Shown here piece by piece: positions 13,716-26,526 of a stretch of DNA of 64,000 nucleotides (within the stretch, counting starts at the first letter, position 1; the number at the start of each line of letters is the position of its first letter). The position numbers were made by a program, and so were the translations under genes. The stretch is from NCBI RefSeq assembly GCF_037042905.1, contig NC_087245.1:37326001-37390000 (forward strand). The letters are read 5' to 3'. The notes beneath the pieces were generated by a model. That model was not told the DNA's origin. It saw only the letters and a list, made by a program, of their open reading frames with translations, and did not search any database. Source of the DNA: Lytechinus pictus. Lineage: Eukaryota.

Positions 13716-14111
13716 TACCCCTTTCATAAACCCAATAAAACATAAAACATCCTCCAATTAGCCGCCTAAGAGTAATGCGGATAATTCAATAAAAATTGCG
13801 TTCACAAACTCCATAAATTATTTTTACGGGCGCCCGTCCTGAAAAAGGCGGATAATCGTCATGACAACTGGACACGCCCCCTCCAATGCGGTTGTGTTGG
13901 AAAAGGGTGACCTTGTGACCGCACCATGGCAATTATCCGCATTATTTGGAAATACGTTCATAAACTCAAAATCTTGTCCCGATGCCACTATTATGCGGAT
14001 AATAGCAGCATCAGAATAATGCGGATAACTCTTGTCCTCCTCTGACTTTACGACCAAATTATGCTGCCATTAGCCGCATAATTGGGTTTTATTGGGTTTA
14101 TGAAAGGGGTA
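13716..14111. mobile_element. MITE with TAA TSD (PIF/Harbinger-like)
   Basis: TAA|TACCCCTTTCATAAACCCAATAAAAC...GTTTTATTGGGTTTATGAAAGGGGTA|TAA with repeated internal GCGGATAA motifs. Confidence 0.85.
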
Positions 14112-16667
14112 TAAAAGGCTAAGTTCTAATGAAGATGCAACGTTATTACTTTTCAATTAATGTCAACTCTGAAATGTTCGAAGGAATAATGAAGCAGGAC
14201 GCACGCAGAAAGATCTCAATTCAAAAAAGAAAAGATGAGAAAACTTAACGTTTGATTATTTCTCTTTCTGAAAACGCAAAACTTGAATATGAGAAGCAAA
14301 TATGATTACCATGGCGACTATTTATTGATTTACCCCCATTGAAAGATTTTAAAGTCAGAGTTCATCGGCACACAGTATAACCATAGAAACTCCCGCAAAA
14401 TGAATGAGCCCCATATGACGTTCCAAATTATTAAAACCTTTTGTTCTTCACTGCTATACAACTCACGACTATGACATTTTGTGAATACTGATATTCATTC
14501 AAAGTAAGAGCAGGATTTGATGAATGGTATTCCTTTTATGACATTTTCTTTTGATTGCAACTTTGAATAAGAATCATCAAATTTGTTTCCTTACTAGGCA
14601 CATACTCTTTAAAGGTTGAAAAAAATTGTACCTGGCTATCCCCTATTCTGTGGGTAAATAAATGACATAATTGTTATTTTTAATCATTAGATTCATAAAT
14701 GGACAAATATTACTTTAAATGATACAGAGGACAATAGACCACACAAACTTATCCATTAATTACAATGTAGTGTAACTTTTGATAGCATTTTGTGGGGTTT
14801 TTACATTGAATTTTACAAAAGGAAAATGCCACGAATTAACTGTAAAAAATGTGTTCATATTGATCTGATAATAAAGTTATCTTTGATTTTAAATTCTATT
14901 GTTTTAAAAATATAAAGATTTTTACAGCAAAATTGTACGTTCTGTTCTGCAGAGAACAGCGACGAATGAGCATTATTTATCCATGGGACTCCCCGACAGG
15001 TTATCGCAAGTTTTCCACTAAAACATGGCAGTTCCAGAAAGACCTGAGTTATTGCGATACAATTTATGCTGTTTCTATGTGAAAGTTGGAATCGCATGAT
15101 TCTTTCATTAACAATTCCCTATCAAAAAAAGGACAGAAGCCGGTGACATACTTTTCAAATCAAAACAGGGAAAAGATTACTGTAATCATGTTAACAGAAA
15201 TAGAAAACCCCAATTGCTTCTGAAGTAATCATAATTGGTAAAAAGCATTCCGAATAAGGGATCTAAACTACCTTCGATAGGGGCTTATATCTCACGACCC
15301 CCGAAAAAGTTGAACAGCCGCATTTTCCAATCAAATGAAGTTAACCTCGGCTAAACACACATGAGAAATTAGATGTAACAAGCAAGCCCTAATTCAATGC
15401 AAAAATAGACCCCCTACAACGGTCATAACTGCCCTGAATTGAATAGGGTGGAACATTTGGGAATACATTTCACCTAATCTGTATTCCATTTGAATGGATT
15501 CTGACTGAGGATGTTGTTTATTCTAAATGTCACAAATCCACTCTACAAAACACAAGCAAGACCGATGCAATGCTAAATAATGTTCAGTATCGAGCATCAG
15601 CATCTGGTCATTGCTTGTTTTCTTCTCATGTCTTTCAGAAAATTAAAAAAACTTGAACTGGAAATTGTCTCCTTTTTTAAATGATAACATTCTGTAAAAT
15701 CCATAAAAAGGGTACTGTAATCTGTTTGACATCCCATATTCTGGTAGGCTTCTTATTTCCGGGTCCAAAGCATTAAAGCTATTCTTTTCAAGTAGTAACC
15801 ATTTCAAATCTCAATGGAGAGTTGCACTTATGAATTGATGCCTAATGAAAATTTGAAGGTTTTATGTTTATAATGGCACAAGACATGAATGTGTGGGGGA
15901 AACAGAACTTGATTTTGCAAATTTGCCTCATTACAATCTTATATCTTAATCAAATTCTGATATAAACTTGGAATGAGAAGAATGATATAATTCCCTTTTA
16001 AAATCATTGAACTAAATCGACGTCATGCTCTGAAATTACCCATGAAAAGAATTCTTTAACTTTAAATTTTGACAAACATTGAACTGGGGCAAAGCCTCCC
16101 ACATGGCTTTTATCATTTATAACACTGATCAATAATTGATTATGTTTGAGCTGTTCCGCTATTTATCTATAATTCAAAAGAAAGAAAATGTCAATACATT
16201 TATAATTCATAGACTGATCCCCACTGTATTTTTTTTAACTAGTTGCTGTACACACTGAAGATCATACACGAGGGGAAATAATTTCCCAGTTGTAGACACT
16301 CATTCAAAAATGAGTTTAATAACAATCTACAAGATAACTCAAAGGGAAATATAACCTTATCCTAAAATGAATTAAAGTTGTTTAAATGTTTGTTTGTTCA
16401 TAATCGAGATCAAAACCTGTAAAGTGAACATCACAAAATTGCACAGCAAACATGAGGCTTACCACAGATTTTCTGAGGTATAAAGCAAAGGCAAAATATG
16501 ACTGAATACAAGTTTCTTGTCGTACATTCCCAACCATTTTGTCGCACAAACCTTAACCGAACTCCTAAGTAATTCCTCCAACGAAAATAACAGAGTGTTC
16601 ATAGGCATGCACTTTGTTTAATTTTCTCGAGGTGGGGATGGCTTGAGAAGAGTTTCTGAGCAGGAAG

Positions 16668-17843
16668 TCACACCGGATCATCAGGAGGTAAACGCTTTGG
16701 TGGTGGATGTGTAATGGCTATCTTAGGACTAATACTCAGGTAGCCGTTTGTATGGATGCGCCCCGTGCCTTCCGTACTACTGTTACAAGACTTTATGGAG
16801 CCGCGGGATCGCCGGAGGTACATGCTGGACGTGCGCATGCTGCTCTGGCGGCTGTTGGACCTTTTCCGGTGAAAAATGCTCCGGCAGAGCCGCGGGAGGT
16901 TCTGGCGAAAGTTCTCCCCGAGCATGGTGTAGACGATGGGATTGATGATGCTATGACTGTACATGAGAAACCAGCTGACGACGAAAGCGACGAGAAGTGC
17001 ATCGGTGAACTCTGAAGGATCAGTCTGACTCTGTATGAACTGGATGATGAAGAATGGTAAGAAACAGGATACAAAGACAAACACGATGCAGATGACCAAG
17101 ATGGCTACCTTGCGGCTGGCGCGACGTGAAGTGTTGCGGATGTCCTGCAGAGGACTGTGCCGCAAGTTCCAGATGATGAGAAAGTAGCAAACAAAGATTA
17201 TAGTCAGAGGTGCACAAAAGTCAAAAAAGAGTGTATAGATTATCCACCAACTGAAGTTGTTCACATCTTCATTGTGCTTGGTTGCTAGCGCCAAGCACAG
17301 ATGAATCTTTTGGCCGTTCCCGTAGTACGTAATCTGATCGGTGTAGATCCACACGGGTAAAGAGACCAAAAACGAACAGATCCACACCATTACACTCACC
17401 ACACGTCCATTGAAGATCGTCCGATAGTGCATCGACCGGATAGGGTGACAGATGGCCAGGTAGCGATCCACACCCATGACGACGAGGAAAAAGACGACGG
17501 TAAACTGCGTCATGGTGTCGTATGGAACAAGGATTCTGCACAAGACACGGCCGAATATCCACTCGCTCTGCCACATCTGATGGCCGAGGAAAGGAAAGGT
17601 AAACATGAAGAAGAAATCGGCCAAAGCCAGGTTGAAGATGAACGTGTTGGCCAGAGTCTTCATGTTGGAGTACGTCAGTAGAAGTACAATGATGAATCCA
17701 TTGCACAGGAGACCAACGGTGCAGAAGACCCCGATAAGTCCAGGCAGAATCTTCTGCAAGATGACAATAATCGGAGACACTGAGACGAATGTCCCGTTGG
17801 AAAACTGCAAGATCGCAGGATCGGCATACCCAACCGTCGTCAT
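16668..17843 (-). CDS. Intronless rhodopsin-family GPCR, somatostatin/allatostatin-C receptor-like (SSTR/MCHR/UTS2R group), 391 aa
   Basis: Seven hydrophobic segments and canonical class A motifs: TM1 GLLCN, TM2 NLALAD, ECL1 WIFG..LC, TM3 YDTMTQFT (Asp3.32/Gln3.36 as in SSTRs), DRY, TM4 W..S...SLP, TM5 P.....CY, TM6 CFLPF, TM7 NPIVY, helix 8 ENFR. N-terminal NGT glycosylation sequon and Ser/Arg-rich C-tail. GC content is elevated over the flanks. An in-frame TAG lies 12 nt upstream of the ATG. Confidence 0.95.
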   Translation of the reverse strand: MTTVGYADPAILQFSNGTFVSVSPIIVILQKILPGLIGVFCTVGLLCNGFIIVLLLTYSNMKTLANTFIFNLALADFFFMFTFPFLGHQMWQSEWIFGRVLCRILVPYDTMTQFTVVFFLVVMGVDRYLAICHPIRSMHYRTIFNGRVVSVMVWICSFLVSLPVWIYTDQITYYGNGQKIHLCLALATKHNEDVNNFSWWIIYTLFFDFCAPLTIIFVCYFLIIWNLRHSPLQDIRNTSRRASRKVAILVICIVFVFVSCFLPFFIIQFIQSQTDPSEFTDALLVAFVVSWFLMYSHSIINPIVYTMLGENFRQNLPRLCRSIFHRKRSNSRQSSMRTSSMYLRRSRGSIKSCNSSTEGTGRIHTNGYLSISPKIAITHPPPKRLPPDDPV

Positions 17844-20626
17844 TGTTAGGTAATCCTATTTTAAAAATTCCTCGATAAAATTTTACTTTCATGCAACCGC
17901 TAAGCAATCTAGCCACTTTACAATACAACCAATTGGTTTCATCAGTGTCACATTGTTTTAATGTACTCACAAATATTGTTGCAGGATACTGATGTTGCAG
18001 CTATCTGTCACAAAAGAGATGGCAAGGCTGATTTAAGCAGAAATTCAGAGCTTCGTTCTACTTTATATAGAGTAAAATATGCTCACACTTCCTCTGCTTT
18101 TCACTGCACAAAGTATAAGCGGATCAAATTGGATAAATTCCTCCGGGCATCAATTGAAAAAAAAAAATGTGCGGTGTCTTGTTGGCACACGTGTCACAGA
18201 AACTATGCAATTCCTTCCGGGCGTGATGAGGTAAACATTTACAGGATAATCCCGGTATTGACTTTTCTCTCACTTATTTCTTTTTCCAAGCAATATTCAC
18301 TCAATATTTCAAGTTCAGAGACAGGAGGTTGGATGGGAGCCTCTTTAGCTGTTAACTCTCCCTTGTCGGTCTTTCAGCAGGTCGATGATCTGCGGCGCTG
18401 GGACAAGATCATCAGCATACCGTGCGACGTGTCTATAGCTCTACAAAGACAGCAATGGGTTTGTGAAGACGTGCTAAATAACATTAATGAAACATAAAGC
18501 ACATACGTCAATGCCTTCCATGGATGGTTCGGATGCAGAGTACAACTGATGCTCTCTTTTATTTCAAGAGCACTTGATGAATATTTGATACGTCAACCTG
18601 CACGGCTCCTCGGATAACCATCTTTGCATGGATGGAAGAAGGAATTGGTGAAATTAAATATCATTCATTAAATATCCAAGAAAAATAAGAAATGATTTCC
18701 AAGGACATGTGGCACGATGCTCGATTTATGATCAATCCTCTGGGATTCTGGGTGACAGACGCGGAAGCGCCGAACCCATCTTCCTATCTCTGAGCTCTTT
18801 GAGGACCCTTCAGAAGCGGCCTTTACGAGTGCCCTGAACTCTACAAATTCAACAAAACCCGGCAAGAACTGACTTTCAATAGTGTCAAGCTCACATGGGG
18901 ATACCGGGCGGAAATGAGGGGGGGGGGGATAATATTCCCGTGAAATCACCTCCAAAATGAATTCAATTTGTGATCTAAATTGTCAGGATAATTCCACTTC
19001 AGAGCTGGAGTTTGACGCAATGGATGTGGTCATCAGGTGAAGCTGTTGCATTCTAATACATTCGCTAGTGGTGATTGACCAAGATTTTCAATTTCACTTC
19101 TTGTTAGTATAGGCAGTCATGTAATGAATGAAATCTATGGATCCAATATTTCCTATTCCATGTCCCAGGTGCGATACAACAATATTCACAACGCTGTAAG
19201 GGTCTGCTTCTCAAATGATATCATCACTGTTAAACTCTTCCTGAAGGTGTATGAAATCATCAAGTCATCCTCCACACAATCATAACACGAATATGTTCTC
19301 CTTTTTATAAAAAAAAAAGAGAAAAATATGTGAAAACCAATCCTCTTTAATATTCAGTTACACAAGTTGAAGAAAAAAATGACAAGGAATGTTAGGTGAA
19401 ACAGCTGCATTTTATTTGTCAAAGCTCAAAACTATTCCCTAGGTGTGATTGAGAAAGTAGAGGCATTCTGATGCGGTGCATAAGTCCAAGTATCTCTTTC
19501 CGATCAAACTGCTCGATAGATGAGAAGCAGAGGGGTTATCGATCATAGTAGTGCATATCAGGAGCATGGTAGACAGTGCTTGTAAAGTAACATTTGTGAG
19601 AGTATCGTGCGATGGCTTGACTACCCCACCACTGGGAGTCTGTGTATGGCTGAGAGTGAGGAGGACTCATCCATTCCAAACAAGGGGGGAATCCAACTAT
19701 TGGTATCATCTCCAAGAATATATTCAGTGTACTAGGAAACCATAATGCATTCAGTACCTGGTGTGTTTTTATCTCCCTTATCGTCTATCAGTCGATGAGT
19801 CTCTTTACAATTAAAAAAAAAAAAGGAAAATTTTGATGGGTTTAGCACCCCTTGTCTAGAAATGGAACAGGCCTGTGGAATAGAAATGTCTTGTCTTGGG
19901 TTTGGAGAATGGATTTGCTTCCTAACTTGATTGGAGTGATATTCAACCAATTAGATTTTAGGCTTGATATATGAATATTCATATTATAAATCAACATGAC
20001 ATGAGATGAATAAATCAAATGAAATCGAGGGCTGCTCCTCCAAAATAGTCAACTGCTTTGGCAACAAAAACAATTTCCTAATGCATTTTAAAATAAATTA
20101 CTCTGAGCTTCATAATGATTAAGTAATTGGTTTTCTCACTGCTTTAACAAATACACAATTGTTAATCACAATGGATTCCAAGGTATTTCAATAATATAAA
20201 AATGATTATATAGCTGGTATCAAAACAAAGGTGAAAAGTAATCAACAGAAATATGGTGTGATAATAGGAAGCTTCGTAACAAACATATTTAATTAAACTT
20301 ATCTATTCTGGTCTAATTTCATCAATCATGATGATTCACTTAACTTTCTAATGTCTGCAATATCATTAATGAAAATGTTGATTATTTTAAGTAATGCATT
20401 CAGTGCGTATGGAATTTTATCAATGAACACATCCTTCATTTTCAAAACCCATTATACCAAATACATAACCCTAACATGTCATTATTTAGCATTGGTATTG
20501 ATGGTCTCAAGATATTTTACTTATCTCTTTGCAAATGAAAAAAAAGAAGATAATTTTTAGACTTTTTACAGGTAGGAATCTGTTGAACAAGCTACAAATT
20601 CAAGCCAACTATCTAAAGCAACATGA

Positions 20627-21390
20627 ATTATTATCATTATAATAACACAGTTCTTGTATAGCGCATATCACAATAGGCGGTTTCAAACCGCCTCGATCAC
20701 AAGAATCCCCGTTAAATTACAAGAACATTTTTAGGCTAAAAAATACCCATTAATTATTCCTGCATTCAGACCGCCCCGAAACATACACTTCGGGATAAAT
20801 TCCTGAAGTTAGGAGCATGCGCAGTATGGTCTAATAAGCAGGCAAGGCGCGAGATTCAAAACTACTAGCCCAGCAGCCACCCACGGCGCCGCACCCAACG
20901 ACACGCTGGGCTAAAAGTTCCCGTAATTTGCTTTCACATCGCCAAAATACCTGCGACCTTGGAAAAATCCCCGCGAAAGTTCTCGTAATTTCGCCAAGTA
21001 CCTACTATTTAGCGGGTATTTTCTTTCGGGGAAATTACGCGTAGTTTGCTTTCACATTACCAAAATACCTGGTATTTTCTGATCGGGGTAAATTTCCCGA
21101 TCAGAGAATACCTGGAACTGACGAACTTCGAGGCGGTCTGAAACCACCTATTATGTCATGACGTCCCTATGCACTTCCAAAGGACCCTGACTTTAGTCCC
21201 GCAGCCTTTTACAGCACACATGCATTTCAAAGAATAAATTCCTGCCAGGTAGCCATTCATCTCACCTGGGTTGAGTGCAGCACAATGTGGATGAATTTCT
21301 TGCCAAAGGAAATTACGCCATGGCTGGGATTCGAACCCACGGCCCTCTGTTTCAAAGTCAGAAGACGAATCCACTGGGCCACAACGCTCC
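20627..21390 (-). mobile_element. tRNA-derived SINE interrupted by a MITE
   Basis: Minus-strand head GGAGCGTTGTGGCCCAGTGG (A box)...GGTTCGAATCCC (B box), then a body with CTCAACCCAGGTGAGATGAATGG. The tail ...GCGCTATACAAGAACTGTGTTATTAT continues on the far side of the MITE at 20675-21149. Confidence 0.75.
20675..21149. mobile_element. MITE, AGGCGGTTTCAAACCGCCTCGA family (probably PIF/Harbinger-like)
   Basis: 22-bp imperfect TIRs. A near-identical full-length copy lies at 26049-26526. Confidence 0.9.
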
Positions 21391-22310
21391 ACATGAAATT
21401 GTTGAGCCTTTTATTAAGGTTCATTGGAATAGGAAAATGCATTTCTTATATTGGTTAATATTCATATATCAATAATGCAAATGACCAACGCATTTAACAT
21501 TATAAAAAAAGTATGTAACTTTGGCTGGATTCAAGGAGAAAATTCTTTTTAGTCCTCAATGACTTGATATCTCAGATAATGAAAGAAGAAGTCCACATTT
21601 GATAGCCAATGACTTCATTAAGCTCAATCAAAAATGGAAACATATACACTTTTGATATAAAGTTGAATTGAAAGACCCAGCACTGCATTGGCCTTGAGTT
21701 GTCATGGAAACCACAGATGAAGCAGTTGTCATTGTCGTGATTGTCATACATCCACGCAACTCACACTCGCTATTATACAAGATCTATTTTCCCCTTTTTA
21801 ATGTGAACTGCTTTTGAATTAAATCTAGGTGTAACCCTTTCATCCTTTTGAAAAAATATTATGGATCTCTCTTTAACCTCTTTCCCTCTCTCTCTCTCCA
21901 TCTCTCTCTCTCTCTCTCTCGCTCTCTCTCAAACTCTATTCCCCCTTCCCAACCCTCCCCCATTCTTTAACTATTAAATTTGAAAGATTATAATTTGGAA
22001 ATTCTTTCATCTTGGGCCCATGAAAGAACAATGCAGCTCTGATACTGCTACCAAGATAGGCTATTTCATCATCAGATTTCAATTTTCATCAGATTTCAAT
22101 TTTCCCCCTATTATTCTGTATTTCTTAAAAATGCAATGACCAATTTCTAGTTAAAATTGTACAACATAAACAAATCTATGTCCTTCATGCAGGGATAAAA
22201 TGTGATGAGGCCCAGGAAAATATTGCCCAGAAATTGCTCAAAAGAGCCCGGAAAATCCCTTCAATGTTAAAGGTTATCCGATGTTGGAGATTTAGGCATT
22301 AGGTTGTGAA

Positions 22311-22503
22311 GGTTCCAATTGCTCCGACGACAATCGCTCCGCTGCAAACTCCGCCCACTAATGGAACCACCAATATCATCCCTGGATTTAACACTATACC
22401 CTATCCTAGACCTAAAATATAAAACCCTATTACAACCCTAAACCTATATCTTAGACGAAACAAAGTCCAGAGCAATTGACACAGGAGCAAATGTCGTGTC
22501 ACC
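22311..22503. mobile_element. Small MITE with TTGCTCC subterminal repeats and ACCCTA-like internal repeats
   Basis: TTGCTCC and GGAGCAA inverted motifs at the ends. Related copies lie at 46984-47197 (opposite orientation) and about 62060-62157 (partial). Confidence 0.6.
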
Positions 22504-23250
22504 GAGTGTGACAAGTAGCCCACAAAGAATTAGAAAAATAATTATTTACCTAACTTTTTTAACAAGTGTTTTTACTGTCTACCAATCAATGAAATGACCA
22601 CTTGTCACAAGGCTTTCCCTATCAATCCGTCAAATGTTGAATTGAAGGCAATATATGCAATCACCACTCCTCATTTTAGTAACAATTCTACAAAGTCTGC
22701 TTTTAACTTATACTCACAGAAACCTGGATAAAAACTTCAAATTTATAATTTGAGAAGGATGTCCAGGTTGAAGTGATATTCAAACACGTTTGTCAGTATG
22801 CCATCTCTGTTTAGTGTACGAGATTTGGCTTATCTCTGCTTAAATGCTCTTCCTTTGTGCTATGTTTGACATGACCCGACGAATATTTGCTACTTAATGG
22901 CAGCACCGTGATCATATCAAATTTAAAGGATGAAATTGGATAAAGACATAATCAAGTTTTAATTCTCGACTTGAATTGATGATTGACTGCTGGATATCAC
23001 ACACTGGTTTTTACTTCATTTTACATCATCCTTAAAACATTTATTCTTCTTTTATCAAAGCATTGGTAAATGATGTTGCAGGTCATTCTTTCATCTCTCA
23101 ACAATAAAATATACTTTCTGCTCGTAAAAATAAACCTCCAACATAGCTCTTATCACTTATCAGATTCAGTGTTAGACAATTGAAAATAATTTTTTTAAAT
23201 GATCATTTCCAGCCCCCCCCCCCTCTCTCTATCAAAAAATCCCTTTTCTA

Positions 23251-23475
23251 CACTAAAAATTTCAAGATTTAAAATATATCAAGATGAGCTTTGAATAGTG
23301 ACCAGTCGAGTATTGGATTTACTTCTAATGCTAAGGATTTATTTGAAGATCCAAAGAGTTCAAATTCAAATGTATCAGCTGTAAGTGCAACTCCACAAAT
23401 ATCTAAATCCAATGTTCAGCTGGTCATTACTTACAGCTGATATGGATTTATTTTAAATCTTTGAAATCAAGAGTG
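23251..23475. mobile_element. Degenerate MITE with CAC...GTG termini and TA TSD
   Basis: TA|CACTAAAAATTTCAAGATTTAAAAT...ATTTTAAATCTTTGAAATCAAGAGTG|TA. Confidence 0.55.
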
Positions 23476-24324
23476 TAATACCTTTCTATCAATTTATCTT
23501 TAGCACTTCTAATAACTCTGTTTTCTCCTGTTTGAGTGACAGATCATACAATGGTCCTCTTTACAATTCCTCCTTCCTTCTTTATTCTATATTCTTTCTC
23601 TCAACCTTCCTTCAATCCTTCCTCTATAATTACTTTCTGTATTTCTTTCTTCACTGTATGACTGATAGAGCAAGTAATGCTTTCCTGTACAAGGCTCATA
23701 ATGATCGCATCAACTTTCCTCTTCAAGGCATATCCTAGACCCTCTTTCACAAAGCAATAAGTCACTGACTGTTGTTATAAGCTACTGAAATTCTTGCATT
23801 TGATTGGCTCAGAGCAAATTTTCTAGTGGAAATGGCTAGGAAGATGCTTCATGGCACACTCCCAGGAGAGCATTTCAATGAAGCAATTTGTTAGCGATTT
23901 TCACCGACAACTGTTATAAACTACTGAAACCCCTGCACATGATTGGTCGCCAGCCTGATTTGGAGACTAGAATGCATCATGAAACCGGGGCCCCCTCATT
24001 TGATTGGTAACGTTCTCAATGAATCGTCACAAGTTGCCGTGGGAGGCTACAAACAAAGCACAAAACCCCCACACGGAGATCAATGGAGTTGAACAAAAAA
24101 GAAAAGTTAACGGCCAATGATTCCTGTCTGATAGGCAAGAAACTCTTAAAGGTCAGAGAAAGAAATAAACTCTTTCAAGTTTCCAATGACGAGGATGTAA
24201 GAGTAGATAGGGCTGCCTCGGGTAAACACATTCAAAGTCAATTCCACTATTTCAGGCAATTCATAGAGTGGTGCTTTTCAATTATATTGTAAGTCCAAAA
24301 CATGCGTCTTTATTATATATACAC

Positions 24325-24568
24325 GGGTCGTGTGGTCCAGTGGTTAGAGCATTGGACTCATAATCGCAAGGTTGTGAGTTCGAATCCCAACTCTGCCATT
24401 GTCTCCACTTTGATAAAAAGACCCGAGAGTAATATCTGTCGTCTATAATGTCAGCCACTATGACTGATTAACCTAGACGTAAAATGTTTCATAGGTAATT
24501 GGTTATATACCAGCTTGGCGTTTACCAGCAAAATGCTGTCCTGCCGAGTTCCTACGAGTTACCATATA
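24325..24568 (+). mobile_element. tRNA-derived SINE with a tRNA-Met-like head
   Basis: A box TGGTCCAGTGG, anticodon-loop-like CTCATAA and B box AGTTCGAATCC. The acceptor stem does not pair, so this is not an intact tRNA. The 3' limit is approximate. Confidence 0.65.
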
Positions 24569-26048
24569 TGGACATCTGACTGAATGTTGTTTTATTGAAC
24601 ATCTCCAATCAGATGAAATACTGAGCACAAAATGAGCTTTTTGAATCTACATTCAATGATTTAAATCATTACAACTTCCATCAAAAAGAAATTCCTTTCT
24701 ACATTTATACATATCCAAAATGAAAAAAAAAGAAGAAAATATTCTCTCACAAGAATGCAAAATCAATTTTTTTTGTTTTTTAAATCAAAGTTACTTTCGG
24801 TCTCAATACAAAATTTTGTTCTTCCAAATATTTTTCATTTAACATGTGAGTTGAAAGAAATCACTTTGGAATAAAACACCTAACTAGTGTCAAGGTTTCA
24901 CATCTCTTTTTTTACTCAATCTTAAATTGAACATCACGCAATCACAATTTAGGTGATATTGCTGCTGCACATTGCCAAGGGCAAGGGCAAGTAACATCCT
25001 GGTAATATATCGAATAAATTTAATAAGTAAATCCAAGAAACCTAGCCCTTGTTTACTTTCCTAAAAGGATGATACAATCATCTTGCTTAGAGTAACGAGA
25101 TCATGTAACATTCACCCTGCCCAAGTCCCTTTGGTCTTTTGCTGTGATCATCCCCCGACTAAAAACAATTTATTTTCCTTTCTCCCATGACTAACGTGAT
25201 TATATTCCTGTTTGCATCTGAGCTGACGTGAAAATCCCAATGCACCTCACGTCTTTTGAAAGTCAAGCAGTCACTAATCTGACACAACTTGTTTCTTGAT
25301 GTTTTGCTTTGCAGAGGCCAGGAGGGATGCATTTCAGTCTCTCTGCGCGGCAGACGGTACCAACTTCCAAAAGGCCGCCCTCTATCTCCACGTGATCGAA
25401 TTTGTGCTCTGTAATGCTAGCCGTCCAGCCCACCTGTATATCAATAATATGCAGGATGAAATTCTAGACAAAACGGGAGGTGACAAATCTTTAAAGCAAG
25501 GTGTGAGAGATGCTAAGTGTGTGCAAAGCCCCTGAAGCCTGCATAGGGAGAAACAAAATTACAGACAGACACTGCAGCTTTGATTATCTTTCCGCTAAGT
25601 CTGTATAGATCAGGAAAGTGATGGGTTGCGGGACGGAATGACCGGCGGGTGTATTGCCTGCCCCCTTTGGTATCAATCTCCGATCAATCCACAGGCTTTT
25701 AATTTTGTCCCATTAATCCTCTAGTCTGGGAAACAAAATTGTGAAATTATTCTCCATGAATTTGCCGTCCGTGAGCGACGCAGCTGGGACAAAGGCCCAT
25801 CTCTCTTGGTAATTCCTAACAAATTGAAATTATTCCGATCCTTTAGGGGTGGGAATAATTCCCTTCCAGGAATTGCAAAGTAAAAGCAATCTAGACAGCT
25901 TCAACGCGAACAATATTTACAAGGCTAGACTACCGTGGGTTCTTGATTTGTGCTAGAAGCAATTTAGTGGAGAAGCAGGGTGGATTAAAAATGTGAGGAG
26001 ATTTATAACCAACCTTGAACACCTCTACAATGTTAATTTCAAGGCTTT

Positions 26049-26526
26049 AGGTGGTTTCAAACCGCCTCGATCACAAGAATCCCCGTTAAATTACGAGAAC
26101 TTTTTTAGGCTGAAAAATACCCATTAATTATTCCTGCATTCACACCGCCCTGAAACATACCCTTCGGGATAAGTTCCTGAAGTTACGAGCATGCGCAGTA
26201 TGGTCTGATAAGCAGCAAGGCGCGAAATTCAAAATCACTAGCCCAGCAGCAACCCATGCACGGCGCCGCACCCAACGACAAGCTGGGCTAAAAGTTCCCG
26301 TAATTTGCTTTCAGACCGCCAAAATACCCACGACCTTGGAAAAATCCCCGCGAAAGTTCTCGTAATTTCGCCAAGTACCTAATATTTATCGGGTATTTTC
26401 TTTCGGGGATATTACGCGTAGTTTGCTTTCACACCGCCAAAATACCTGGTATTTTCTGATCGGGGTAAATTTCCCGATCAGAGAATACCTGGAACTGGCG
26501 AACTTCGAGGCGGTCTGAAACCACCT
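26049..26526. mobile_element. MITE, second copy of the 20675-21149 family
   Basis: Colinear and highly similar to 20675-21149 over its full length. TTA flanks both ends if the termini are taken as GG...CC (26050-26525). Confidence 0.9.

Noticed and set aside
16707..17853. Several short plus-strand and alternative-frame ORFs overlapping the GPCR
   Set aside because: They are shadow ORFs of a GC-richer coding region with no recognisable motifs.
17961..18497. 178-aa plus-strand ORF upstream of the GPCR
   Set aside because: No recognisable domain and unremarkable composition, including a poly-A-derived Lys run. It is probably chance, although a database search was not possible.
24325..24400. 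tRNA-Met gene
   Set aside because: It has A/B boxes and a CAT anticodon-like loop, but the acceptor stem does not pair and no poly-T terminator follows directly. It is better explained as a SINE head. The same applies to the heads at 21390, 33575, 45775 and 60922.
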